This document shows positions 19,734-31,885 of a DNA stretch of 64,000 bases, in pieces. Position 1 is the stretch's first letter, and the number at the start of each line of letters is the position of its first letter. Origin of the DNA: Thermoanaerobaculia bacterium (GTDB taxonomy: Bacteria > Acidobacteriota > Thermoanaerobaculia > Multivoradales > Multivoraceae); the NCBI GenBank assembly GCA_965116955.1, contig OZ220742.1, positions 3,038,542 through 3,102,541 on the forward strand. The letters are read 5' to 3'. A program made the position numbers and the translations under genes. The notes under the pieces were generated by a model, which did not search any database, was not told where the DNA came from, and saw only the letters and a list, made by a program, of their open reading frames with translations.

Positions 19734-20354
19734 TTGCTTGATGAGCTGCCTACCCAGAGGAGCACGCGCAGGGTCTTCCGGCTGGCACGGGACCCGACGC
19801 TCGACCTCCTGACCGCACTCGGCCTCGACGCCGGGGCAGAGGCGGAGGTGAGAGAGGCGTTGGCTGCGATCCGCGGCGCAGCGTCTGCTGAGGAACTCTG
19901 CGAAGCGGTCTTCAGGCCCAAGCGACGGCTGCCGAGACGCACCCGCTACTCCGACGGCTCCTTTCCGGTCTTCTACAGTTCGCTGGAGCCTGAGACTGCT
20001 GAAGCCGAGATCAAACACTGGTTGCCGACGCTCCTGGGAAGGCCCGAGAAGCCCCGAACAGCGTACTACCGGCGTCTGGACTGCACGTTCTCGGGAAGCG
20101 AGAAGGACCTTCGGTCGAAGGCCTCCGAATGGCCGGACCTCGTCCACGAGACCGACTACACCTTCTGTAATCGGCTCGGCGCTGAGGCGCGTGAACTGGA
20201 AATCGATGGCTTGGTGGCTCCCTCGGCACGGCATGCAGGCGCAAACGTGCCGATCTTCAGGAGAGGGGCGATCGTGGAGGCGGAGTTGGGAGATGCGGTC
20301 GCCGTGACTTACGATCCGGCTTCGGGTGCCGTGAGCTTGACTGAGGGTTTGTGA
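19734..20354 (+). CDS. RES-domain toxin (MbcT/ParT family, NAD+-targeting)
   Basis: ~200 aa with spaced Arg...Ser...Glu (RTRYSDGSFPVFYSSLEPETAEAEI). Immediately downstream of the DUF2384 antitoxin, the canonical Xre-RES arrangement. Confidence 0.75.
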   Translation: MLDELPTQRSTRRVFRLARDPTLDLLTALGLDAGAEAEVREALAAIRGAASAEELCEAVFRPKRRLPRRTRYSDGSFPVFYSSLEPETAEAEIKHWLPTLLGRPEKPRTAYYRRLDCTFSGSEKDLRSKASEWPDLVHETDYTFCNRLGAEARELEIDGLVAPSARHAGANVPIFRRGAIVEAELGDAVAVTYDPASGAVSLTEGL

Positions 20355-20425
20355 GGTCAGAGCCGGAGGTGACACGGTGGGCTTTCGGGCAACCCGTTTC
20401 GACGATCTCGGGGAGGGTGTGAGGT

Positions 20426-23400
20426 GTGAGCGACGCTGATGGCGAGCGCAAGGCCGGCGCGCCCTCGCCGGGGACATTTGGTGAGTGGGTCGGAGGGGAA
20501 TCCGAGGAGGTTCCGGCACCTTCCGACCCGCAGGATGCTGAGGTTGTGCTGGGCGAGGGGTGCGCCTCCTTGCCCGAACGGCTACTGCTCCATCATGCCG
20601 AGGGGAAGGTGCTCTTCCTGGCTGGAGCGGGTGTCTCAATGCCTAAGCCGGCCTGCCTGCCGAGCTTCAGGGACTTAGTCCTGAAGGTGTACAAGCAACT
20701 CGGTGATCCGGTACTGCCCTTTCTTGAAGCGCCTGCGGGAGACAGGGACGAGTTACCAGAGGGGCCGCCCCTTACTCCAGAACAGAAGGCGGAAGTCGAG
20801 AGCTTCGAGAAGCGGCAACTCGATGTCGTGTTGGGAATGCTCGAACGCCGGATTGACGGTCAGCAGACGGAAGAGAGCCGAATGCGGCAAGCAGTGGTCA
20901 GGCTGCTACAGCCGGATCCGCCTGCCGAGTACGCCGGGATTCACCGGGATCTGCTCCGGCTCTCCGATCGTGGCGGCGTCACTGCGATCCTGACGACGAA
21001 CTTCGATCTCCTGCTGGAGGCGGCTGGTAGAGAAGCCAAGTGCTCCGTCGAGAGTCTAGCGCTCGGCGCCATTCCGAGGCCGTCACTACGACCCTCGTTC
21101 AGCGGAGTGCTGCATCTCCATGGCGCTCTTCGCCCAGACCGGAGCGGTATTCCCGACTTGATCCTGACCAACAGGGACTTCGGTGAGTTCTACCTGCGCC
21201 GGCGAATCGTGCCGGACTTGCTGTACGACGCGGCACGTATCTTCCACCTCGTTCTCGTGGGCTACACGGCGAACGATCCTCCTGTTCGCTATCTCCTGGA
21301 CGCGATCTCGGCCGACGCGGCTCGGTTTCCCGACTTGAAGGAGCGGTTCATCTTCGTACCGTTCAAGGGAAACGAACCGGACCAGACGGAACTCGCAGAC
21401 TGGAAGGGGCGCGGCCTGACGCCGATCCCGTATCCGCGGGCGGATAGCCACCGGAAACTGGCCTTCACGCTCGAAACGTGGGCCAACCTCTTCGGGAAGA
21501 CGCCGTCACTTGACGGCGGGCACGAAACGGTGACCGAACGGCGAATCCGCAAGACGCTGGAGCGGATCACGGAGGCGCCGCTCAACGAGGTGTCAGACGA
21601 GGATCGGAGTCTCTTCGACCACCTGATTCGGCGGGAAGTCCACACTCGACGCGCAGAGCTTGCCAGTCGCCTGGGAGAGCTCCGCAGGGACTACGAGTGG
21701 TTGGATCGGATACTGGCTGTGATTCGAAGACCGATCAATCGGAGGGACCAAGACACTAGGTCACTCGCTCCACCGTCAGGCGAGATTGAACGCGAGGCGG
21801 CGCACTGCGTGCGGAACTTCGTGCTGAAGCGGCTTGAGGAACGGGCCACGATCAATTGGGCTCGTGAACTGCCGGCCCTCGATCGTGCCAGCCGTCGCGG
21901 GCTGCAGCGACTACTCTCCAACAGGGCGAGCTGGGGAGAACGGCTGTCGGAACCGTGGTTCAAGGCATGGCAGTTGGTGGAGAAGAGTTGGTGCGCCCCT
22001 GAGTACGCTGATCGGGAAGAGGCCTTGACGAGGGTCTGGGAGATCAAGGAGCGGCTTGAGCGTGGGGACCGGTCTCTTGCCCTGGCGGAGAAGATGGCTG
22101 AGTTCGTGGCGCCGTGGCTGCGACTGGATGACCCGGTACCGGTCATTGAAGTGCGAGGAGTGAAGAGCCCTGAGCCGCCGGTCTGGGGCCACCTCTTTCG
22201 GGCCGAACTCGGGAGCGTTGCGGTGAGCGAACTTCATCACATCGACCTCAGTATCGTCTCCGAAGTCGAGTTCCTGTCGTTTCTGGTCGGTTCGCTGGAG
22301 GCGTCCGTCCGTCGAGGTCTCGACTTGGCGCGGTACATCGGTTGGGAGGGCGACTTCCGGTTCCTGCGTCTTGGGGGATTGTTTCGCGTCAGTTTGGTTC
22401 GTAGCGCTGCCGGAGACGAGGAGGATCCGGATTTGTGGGGTGTCGCGCCTTCCGTCAAGCTTCTCCACGCTGCGGTCGAGCGTCTGGCCGAACTCGATCC
22501 TGGTGCCGCCTCAAGAGTGGTTCGGCGCTGGCTGCACACCGAGTGTCCGGTGCATCGGCGGCTCTGGGCCGCGTTTGCCCTCGACGAGCGGCTAGCGAGT
22601 ACGCGCGAGGTCGGGGGTTTGCTGCTCCGTCTGGACCATTGGGAGTTCTGGGCCAGAGAAGTTTGTCCCGAACTGGCGGAACTGCGCCTTGGTCGCTTCA
22701 ACGATCTCGATGCTGAGACCCGGGCAGAGTCGCTCGCCCGCATTCGGCTGGGCCCGCCGCGCGACTACTGGGTTCGGTCCACTGACAGGAAGCGGGCCGA
22801 AGCCTGGAGCCTTGAGCTCGCTGTCCGCGAGATGGAGCGCGTCCGCAACGCTGGAGTCGAGCTACCGGCCGAGCACGAGAGGTGGCTGGAAGCCGAATTG
22901 AAGAAGCACCGTGATCTTGAGACTGACGACAGCGGGCGCCCACTCGTGGAGGACCTGGAACCTGAACGTGCGGAGGTGCAGCCAGACCGGGAGCTGGACA
23001 GCTATACCGGCGGCGCTCTGCTAGTCGAGTTGGAGCAGCGGCTGGCCTCGGAGGAGCCCTTCTACAGCGGGGCCGCTGGTATCTGGCTGAAAAACAATGC
23101 GGCCAGAGTCCTGGTCGCGATGACTGAGGAGGCTGACGGTGTCCTCGATTCCCCTCACCTCTGGAGGGCGTTCGCGGAGCAGCACCGCCCGCCACGTAGC
23201 GACGATCCGGAGGGCTCCCTGCGCGAGGCCGCCGCTGAAGCAACAAAGGTGCTGGATCTCGTCGAGACTCTCAGTGACGAAACGCTGGCCAAGATTGTCA
23301 AGGAACTCGTCCGCTGGTGGATGAAGTGGGAGTCTCTAGCGAAGCCGGACGGGCAGGCTCGGCGTGTGTGGCTGCGCCTATGGCCTCACGCGGTGGACCG

Positions 23401-24427
23401 GACGATCGCAAGCTCAAACGCCATGTCGTTCAAGACCGAGATGGCCAACACGCCGGCCGGAGATCTCGGCCGGATCGCCTGGCGGTTCGCGCACCATCTC
23501 GGCCAGGAAGGTCGGTTGTCGGATGACCGCGATTTCGCTCGGATCGTCGCCGCGATCCTGGAGGCGCCCGGTCGGGCCAGACCTCTGGGTTTGGCGTTCA
23601 TGGCCAGTGGGGTTGCCTGGTTTCTGCAAGAGGACCAGGAGTGGGCTGAGCGACACTTGGTGGGACCGCTCATGGAGTGGTCCGATTCGGCCGTTCCCCT
23701 TTGGGAATCTCTGTGCAGTTTCGGGTTGCGCTCGGGGATCCCGAGGATTCTCGCTGCCAAGGCCGTGGAGCTCCTGGAACGGAAGGAGGAACCCAAGCTG
23801 ACCGCGGGATCCCGGCAGCGGCTTGCGTCGGCGCTCGTGGTCGATTCTCTGCGCGCCTTTTTCCACGGTAGCGAACCGGTGGTTGAACCGGTTCAGTTGA
23901 AGCAACTGATTAGTCGAATGGACGGAGAGCTTCGGAGCGTGTGTGCCGCTGCGCTCTGGCGCAGCTTGACGGCCCGCGGCGACGGATCGACGAGCCCGGA
24001 AGAGGCTTTCCGCCGGGCGGTGTCGCCGTTCCTCAAGCGCGTCTGGCCGCAGGAGTTGGATCTGGTTACGCGGGGCGTCAGCCACTCCATGGCGAGAATC
24101 CCAGCGGCGAGTCGGGGAGAGTTCATAGGAGCGGTTGAGGCTGTCGCCAGATTCCTTGTCCCTGGATCCACAGGGTCGCGTCACGACTATGGGCTCTATG
24201 GACAAGAGGACGGCGAAGAGCGCTTGGAGATCATCGTCGATAGCCCGCAGAAAGCGGAGGCACTGCTTCGTCTTCTCGACTTGACGGTCGGGGGCGGGGA
24301 AGGCGTGACGACTCCGCTGGGCCTTGATGAGCTCTTGGCGCAAATCCGTGACGTAGCGCCGACTCTTGTCGAACGCTCGGAGTTCGTCCGCCTGACAACG
24401 CAGGCACAGCGGAGCAGGTTCGAGTAG
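20426..24427 (+). CDS. 1333-aa SIR2-like (SIR2_2/DHS-like NAD-binding) domain protein with ~900-aa alpha-helical C-terminal region (defense-associated sirtuin-like)
   Basis: N-terminal KVLFLAGAGVS...ILTTNFDLLLE...VLHLHGAL...LVLVGYTANDPPVRYLL matches the SIR2_2 pattern, including the Asn and His equivalent to ThsA/DSR catalytic residues. GTG start with a GGAGG RBS 9 nt upstream. The rest is helical, Trp/Arg-rich, with no motif recognisable by eye. Confidence 0.75.
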   Translation: MSDADGERKAGAPSPGTFGEWVGGESEEVPAPSDPQDAEVVLGEGCASLPERLLLHHAEGKVLFLAGAGVSMPKPACLPSFRDLVLKVYKQLGDPVLPFLEAPAGDRDELPEGPPLTPEQKAEVESFEKRQLDVVLGMLERRIDGQQTEESRMRQAVVRLLQPDPPAEYAGIHRDLLRLSDRGGVTAILTTNFDLLLEAAGREAKCSVESLALGAIPRPSLRPSFSGVLHLHGALRPDRSGIPDLILTNRDFGEFYLRRRIVPDLLYDAARIFHLVLVGYTANDPPVRYLLDAISADAARFPDLKERFIFVPFKGNEPDQTELADWKGRGLTPIPYPRADSHRKLAFTLETWANLFGKTPSLDGGHETVTERRIRKTLERITEAPLNEVSDEDRSLFDHLIRREVHTRRAELASRLGELRRDYEWLDRILAVIRRPINRRDQDTRSLAPPSGEIEREAAHCVRNFVLKRLEERATINWARELPALDRASRRGLQRLLSNRASWGERLSEPWFKAWQLVEKSWCAPEYADREEALTRVWEIKERLERGDRSLALAEKMAEFVAPWLRLDDPVPVIEVRGVKSPEPPVWGHLFRAELGSVAVSELHHIDLSIVSEVEFLSFLVGSLEASVRRGLDLARYIGWEGDFRFLRLGGLFRVSLVRSAAGDEEDPDLWGVAPSVKLLHAAVERLAELDPGAASRVVRRWLHTECPVHRRLWAAFALDERLASTREVGGLLLRLDHWEFWAREVCPELAELRLGRFNDLDAETRAESLARIRLGPPRDYWVRSTDRKRAEAWSLELAVREMERVRNAGVELPAEHERWLEAELKKHRDLETDDSGRPLVEDLEPERAEVQPDRELDSYTGGALLVELEQRLASEEPFYSGAAGIWLKNNAARVLVAMTEEADGVLDSPHLWRAFAEQHRPPRSDDPEGSLREAAAEATKVLDLVETLSDETLAKIVKELVRWWMKWESLAKPDGQARRVWLRLWPHAVDRTIASSNAMSFKTEMANTPAGDLGRIAWRFAHHLGQEGRLSDDRDFARIVAAILEAPGRARPLGLAFMASGVAWFLQEDQEWAERHLVGPLMEWSDSAVPLWESLCSFGLRSGIPRILAAKAVELLERKEEPKLTAGSRQRLASALVVDSLRAFFHGSEPVVEPVQLKQLISRMDGELRSVCAAALWRSLTARGDGSTSPEEAFRRAVSPFLKRVWPQELDLVTRGVSHSMARIPAASRGEFIGAVEAVARFLVPGSTGSRHDYGLYGQEDGEERLEIIVDSPQKAEALLRLLDLTVGGGEGVTTPLGLDELLAQIRDVAPTLVERSEFVRLTTQAQRSRFE

Positions 24428-24470
24428 GGAGGCTGGCCCTGCCGGCGGCACGCCTCCTCACCAGGGCCCG

Positions 24471-25382
<912 letters not shown>

Positions 25383-25435
25383 GGGTGGGAAGTTAACGCA
25401 CCTTGGGACACAAGCTCATAGGATGCGGGTCGGCC

Positions 25436-27226
<1,791 letters not shown>

Positions 27227-27269
27227 TGGCCGCCCGTCCGGGCTGGACGCCGTCGGTTGGCGCAGACGC

Positions 27270-29195
27270 CTACTCCGGCGTGTACCAGATCGGCGAGGAC
27301 CAGGCGCGTTCCTGGATCGTCGGTGAGATGTCGTGGCGGGGCTCGACGCCCTCACGCAGGGCGTCCCAGGTCGACCAGCGGCAGGTCGGGTTCTCGAGGA
27401 CGCGGACGTAGTAGAAGGCGCGCTTGGAGGCGTCGAAGTCGGGGTCCGTCCAGACGGCCTGCAGGGTGTCCGCCCCGGCGTCGTCGCTGATCTGGCAGGT
27501 GGAGAGGTCGACCGTGGCGCCGTTGTCGGGGCAACGGTGCGTGGCCGGGTCGACCTCGGCGCCGTCGGAGCAGGCCACGTCGTAGACCATCTCGGCGCCC
27601 TCGCCGTCGCTGGACCATCCCTTGATCACCTGCACGCGGTCGAGCGGCGCGGCCATCGAGTCCCTCATCGCCATGACCGCGAAGGTCGGCGCTTCGCCGA
27701 CATCGGTGGCCAGAAGGTCGCCGCCCATCGGCACGCCTTCGGCGTAGGCCCTGGTCAGGAACTCGGCATCGCCGAGGTCTTCGTCCGTGAAGTCGCCGGC
27801 GAAGAAGCGGACCATCATGCGCGGTCCGGACGTGCCGAATGTCTCCTTCCGCCGCATGGCGTCGAAGATCGCCTCGCGGGTGTTCTCCTCGGCCCAGACG
27901 CCGGCCAGGCCGGAGGCGCCCCAGGTGTAGTAGTAGGTGTCGCGGAAGGTGCGGCCCGAGCCGTCGTCGGTACGCGTTGCCGCGTCCGACTGCAGGGCTG
28001 CATCGCCCAGGGTCTGGTTGGCGCCGGTGCCGGGCACCGAACCCCGAAGTTGGGGGGTGGCGTCGAGGAGCCCGACCTTGGACCAGTAGTCGTCCTCCCG
28101 GAAGGCGCCGCCGGAGACGTGGGTGTCGCTGGCGCCGATGATGCCCATCTTGTACGGATTCGTCAGACCGCCGTCGGCGAGCCGGATGCCGCGGAGCAGC
28201 GCGTCGCGGACGTAACTGCCTTCCGGTTGGCTGAGGATCGTGGTCGCGATCTTGTACGGCATGATCTCGAAGTCGGCCCACTCGTCGTTGGGCGACAGCG
28301 CCGGATGGGTGTCCGACGTCCCCTTGACCTGGGTGATCTCGACGAGCGGCTCGTTGCGCATCCGTGTGTCGACGTAGCCTTCGTCGAGAGGATCGCCGTA
28401 GAACTTCTCCATCTCGAACATGCGGCCGCCGGAGCCGTTGGGGTTGTGCGGAATGGCGAGCGCGTCCATGCCGAGTTCCCGCCAGCCGTCCATCGCGGCC
28501 CAGAGATCCTCGGGGTTCTGCGAGTCGATCCGGCTGAACGGCGCGTCGGGGGCTTCGGAACCGCGAAAGACCACGTTGCGGTGCAGGTTGTCCCGCTCGT
28601 AGCCGGACGAGGTGTACTCGTAGGCGATGAACGTCGTGAAGTTCCCCGGATCGTTGTGCGCTTCGGCCGCCTCGATGATCTTGGACCAGGCGTCCCGGAC
28701 GACGTCCAGGTTGAGGTGCTCGTCCTCGCCCTGCCGGGCGCCCAGGTAGGGCCGCATGCCGACGAAGATGCCGCGGCGCTCGTCGGCCTCCTCGGCCGCG
28801 CGCATGTCGGCGGCGATCGGATGCCCGTAGGCGGGCGAACCTTCCTCCGTCATCGCCGGCAGCATCCCCAGGTACATGCCGTGGTCGGTCACGCCCTGGA
28901 AGTCGAGCGGCCGGTCGAGCGTCATGTCGAAGCCGGCGGGGTGCTTGATCGTGCCGCCCTTGGCGAACTCGTAGGCGTCGTTCGGGTCGGTCGTCGTGCC
29001 GAAGATGAAGGCGTCGAACGAGTAGCGGGTGTGGACGTGCAGGTCGCCGAAGTACGCGTTCTTCGTCGGGTTCGGTTCTTCGGCGGTCCCGACAGTCGCT
29101 TCGCCTCCGTCTGCAGCCTCCTCGCTGGGAGCGCATGCGGCAATCAGGAAGGCGGAGAACGCGGCCACCGCCGCAACCATCGTCAGCTTCTTCAT
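27270..29195 (-). CDS. DUF3604-family lipoprotein (PHP-like metal-dependent hydrolase fold)
   Basis: GDLHVHTRYSFDA motif and ~640 aa length. Lipobox LIAAC after MKKLTMVAAVAAFSAF. ATG at 29195 is preceded by an AAGGAGA RBS. Confidence 0.75.
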   Translation of the reverse strand: MKKLTMVAAVAAFSAFLIAACAPSEEAADGGEATVGTAEEPNPTKNAYFGDLHVHTRYSFDAFIFGTTTDPNDAYEFAKGGTIKHPAGFDMTLDRPLDFQGVTDHGMYLGMLPAMTEEGSPAYGHPIAADMRAAEEADERRGIFVGMRPYLGARQGEDEHLNLDVVRDAWSKIIEAAEAHNDPGNFTTFIAYEYTSSGYERDNLHRNVVFRGSEAPDAPFSRIDSQNPEDLWAAMDGWRELGMDALAIPHNPNGSGGRMFEMEKFYGDPLDEGYVDTRMRNEPLVEITQVKGTSDTHPALSPNDEWADFEIMPYKIATTILSQPEGSYVRDALLRGIRLADGGLTNPYKMGIIGASDTHVSGGAFREDDYWSKVGLLDATPQLRGSVPGTGANQTLGDAALQSDAATRTDDGSGRTFRDTYYYTWGASGLAGVWAEENTREAIFDAMRRKETFGTSGPRMMVRFFAGDFTDEDLGDAEFLTRAYAEGVPMGGDLLATDVGEAPTFAVMAMRDSMAAPLDRVQVIKGWSSDGEGAEMVYDVACSDGAEVDPATHRCPDNGATVDLSTCQISDDAGADTLQAVWTDPDFDASKRAFYYVRVLENPTCRWSTWDALREGVEPRHDISPTIQERAWSSPIWYTPE

Positions 29196-29232
29196 CGGCT
29201 TCTCCTTAACAGGCGTGTCGAAGCAGTCTACT

Positions 29233-29247
29233 ATTGCGTACCGCAAT
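29233..29247. promoter_or_regulatory. perfect 15-bp palindrome ATTGCGTACCGCAAT (6-3-6) in the 98-bp divergent intergenic region between the two DUF3604 genes
   Basis: Read directly from the sequence. Candidate shared operator. Confidence 0.4.
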
Positions 29248-29293
29248 CGCTGTTTGAGTTTCTTTCTCTCCGGATCGTGAAGGGAGGTTCGCT

Positions 29294-31879
29294 GTGCGGA
29301 AACTGACGGACGGACTCGTTCTTGTCCTGGTGGGCGTCCTGGCGGCCGCATCTCCGGGTCTGAGCGCCGAGTTGGACCCCGAGCTCAGGGCTCGCGTCGA
29401 CGCGTTGATCGCGGATGTCGCCGAAGCTCCGACCACCGTCTCGAATGTCGCCGAGCGCACTCCGGTTCTGTGGGAATGGGCGAACGCCGTCTCCCTTCAG
29501 GGTGGGTTCGTACCCAAGAACCTGCCCCTCGTTGCGTTCTTCGGACCGTTCCCGCGACCGGGGACGGAACCCTCGCCGTTCCAGTTGGCGTCGATGGACG
29601 ACTACGTTCGGCAGCTTGCCTGGCTGGAGGAGGACGAGGAAGCGCTCGGCACCGTGACGCGGACCGGGTCCGAGGTGTTCGAGGCACGCAGTTGGGTGAC
29701 CCTCGAGGTCGTCTACATGGTCGGGTCGCTCGGCATGGAGGAGGGCGGCGGGATCGTGATCTCGACGCAGGGCGCTGGCGGCTACGGCCGGCTGCAGACC
29801 ACGGATCCCGCCGGCGATCACTACGTCTCCGCCCGGGTGAGCCGGGAAGGCATCAGCCTGGAGCAGGATGCGCACCCGATCTGGGGCCCGTACGGCGGCT
29901 TCCGCGGTCCGGCCGGTTTCCCGACTCTTCGGGTTCGCGGCGGGAATCTCTCGCCGGGCGACACGATCACGTTGACCTACGGAGACCGGAGCGGTGGCGG
30001 CCGCGGTCTCGGCATCGGCGAATTCAGCAACGACCGGATCTCCCTGCCCATTCACGTCGACCCGGGCGACGGCAGGGTCTACGAGATGCCGCCGGCGACG
30101 TACGAGGTCGTGGGCGGCGCGGCGGAGCGGTTTCACGGCTTCGCCCCGTCCATCGTCGGCACCGGCGAACCCTTCGTCATCTCGGTGCGCGCTGAGGACC
30201 GGGTCTACAACCGCGCGACCCGGGACATTCCGGGCCTGCAGGTACTGCTCGACGGCGAGCAGGTGGCCGAACTGCCGGCCGGGCAGGCGATCCACCTGGT
30301 GGAGCTGTTGGCCGACGCGGAGGGCGTCCACCGCTACACCTTCCGCAGTCCGGACGGCGAGGTGACCGGCGCAGCCAATCCGGTGTGGGTGCGGGCGGAT
30401 CCCGAACACCGCCTCTACTGGGGCGAGACTCACGGTCACTCCGGCTTCGCCGAGGGCCAGGGCACGCCGGAGGGCTACTTCACCTTCGCCCGCGACGATG
30501 CCCGTCTCGACTTCATCACGATGAGCGAGCACGACATCTGGCTGACGGACGGGCTGTGGGAGGAGTTGAACGAGGCGGTCCGGGAGTTTCACCGCGAGGG
30601 CGAGTTGCTGGTCTTCGCCGGTTACGAGTGGACGTCGCCCCGCCAGCGCGGGGGTCACCACAACGTGTTCTTCCGGAACGTCGGCATGCAGCGGGTGGGC
30701 GTGCAGGCGGCGCCGAACCTCTCCGACCTCTATCGCGGCCTGCGCGCCGAGTACGACACGGACGATGTCCTGATCATCCCTCATGCCCACCAGAACGGGG
30801 ACTGGCGCCAGAACGACTTCGAGATGGAGAACCTGATCGAGATCATGTCCGGCCACGGCACCTTCGAGTGGTTCGGCAGCCGTTACCTGGAACAGGGCTT
30901 CCGGGTCGGCTTCGTGTCCGCGTCGGACGACCACCGGGGCCACCCCGGATACTCGCCCGGCCACCAGGCCGGCGCCTCCGGGCGGCGATCGAACATCTTC
31001 CAGTTCGGCGGTCTGGCCGCGGCCTGGGCGCCGGCGCGCACCACGGACGCCGTCTTCGGCGCGCTCAAGGCGCGCCACGCCTACGCGACGACGGGCGCGC
31101 AGCGCATCGTGCTCGACGCCCGGCTGAACGGTGCGGTGATGGGGAGCGAACTGGATCAGACGGATCGCCGGGTGCTCGAGGGACGGGCGATCGGCACGGG
31201 GCCGATCCGCCGGGTCGACCTGATCCGCAACGGCGAGGTCGTGGCGACCTTCGACACGCGCGGCGCCGGTGGTTCGGCGCTGCCGGAGGGTCAGTTCGAG
31301 GCCCTGGTCAGCTTCTTCTCGGAGACCTGGGTCGACATCCGGGACAACCCGCGGGGCCAGCGGCCGTGGCGGGGTACGGTGACGGTGGAAGGGGCGAAGC
31401 TGGTCAGCGGTCGTCTGACCGGGACGCCGCTGCCGGCGGATACCTTCGGGGTCGACGGGAACGCGGCCAGCTTCGACTTCACGACCCGGGGTTCGCGGCG
31501 GTCCTTCGCGCTGGTGCTGGAGGGCGATCCGGCGGCGGCGCGGCTCAGCCTGGAGGTCGCGGCCGCCGTCGAGTACGGTACCGCGCCGACCCAGGTGCGC
31601 ACGCCGCAGCAGTTCGCTGCCGCGGAGTTCACGCTGGCCCTTCCGGCCGCGCCGGGGACGTCGGCCGCCGCCCGCGGCGGCAATGAGCACGTGTTCCACC
31701 AAGGCGACTACCGCGACAGCGTTCGCGTCGACTTCCTCGAGGGCCTCCGCGACGACGTCACCTTCCGCTTCACCGACTTCGGCGAAGAGGAAGACTGGTA
31801 CTACCTTCGCGTCGAGCAGATCGACGGCCACCTCGCCTGGTCCAGCCCCTGGTGGGTCGGCGGCGAGAAGCCACGCTAG
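29294..31879 (+). CDS. DUF3604-family secreted protein, long paralog
   Basis: WGETHGHSGFAEG and IIPHAHQNGDW His-rich metal motifs, plus a signal peptide. GTG start is preceded by a GGGAGG RBS. Confidence 0.75.
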   Translation: MRKLTDGLVLVLVGVLAAASPGLSAELDPELRARVDALIADVAEAPTTVSNVAERTPVLWEWANAVSLQGGFVPKNLPLVAFFGPFPRPGTEPSPFQLASMDDYVRQLAWLEEDEEALGTVTRTGSEVFEARSWVTLEVVYMVGSLGMEEGGGIVISTQGAGGYGRLQTTDPAGDHYVSARVSREGISLEQDAHPIWGPYGGFRGPAGFPTLRVRGGNLSPGDTITLTYGDRSGGGRGLGIGEFSNDRISLPIHVDPGDGRVYEMPPATYEVVGGAAERFHGFAPSIVGTGEPFVISVRAEDRVYNRATRDIPGLQVLLDGEQVAELPAGQAIHLVELLADAEGVHRYTFRSPDGEVTGAANPVWVRADPEHRLYWGETHGHSGFAEGQGTPEGYFTFARDDARLDFITMSEHDIWLTDGLWEELNEAVREFHREGELLVFAGYEWTSPRQRGGHHNVFFRNVGMQRVGVQAAPNLSDLYRGLRAEYDTDDVLIIPHAHQNGDWRQNDFEMENLIEIMSGHGTFEWFGSRYLEQGFRVGFVSASDDHRGHPGYSPGHQAGASGRRSNIFQFGGLAAAWAPARTTDAVFGALKARHAYATTGAQRIVLDARLNGAVMGSELDQTDRRVLEGRAIGTGPIRRVDLIRNGEVVATFDTRGAGGSALPEGQFEALVSFFSETWVDIRDNPRGQRPWRGTVTVEGAKLVSGRLTGTPLPADTFGVDGNAASFDFTTRGSRRSFALVLEGDPAAARLSLEVAAAVEYGTAPTQVRTPQQFAAAEFTLALPAAPGTSAAARGGNEHVFHQGDYRDSVRVDFLEGLRDDVTFRFTDFGEEEDWYYLRVEQIDGHLAWSSPWWVGGEKPR

Positions 31880-31885
31880 CTAGGT

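Noticed and set aside
19251-20639. 462-aa minus-strand ORF across the antitoxin, RES toxin and start of the SIR2 gene
   Set aside because: Antisense to three genes with recognisable domains. Composition is Arg/Pro-rich.
24428-24470. Weak inverted repeat GGGAGGC...GCCTCC between the convergent SIR2 and arginase genes as a terminator
   Set aside because: Only a 6-bp stem with an 18-nt loop and no U-tract. Too weak to call.
29231-31831. 866-aa minus-strand ORF opposite the long DUF3604 gene
   Set aside because: Antisense artefact. The plus-strand frame has the conserved His-rich DUF3604 motifs.
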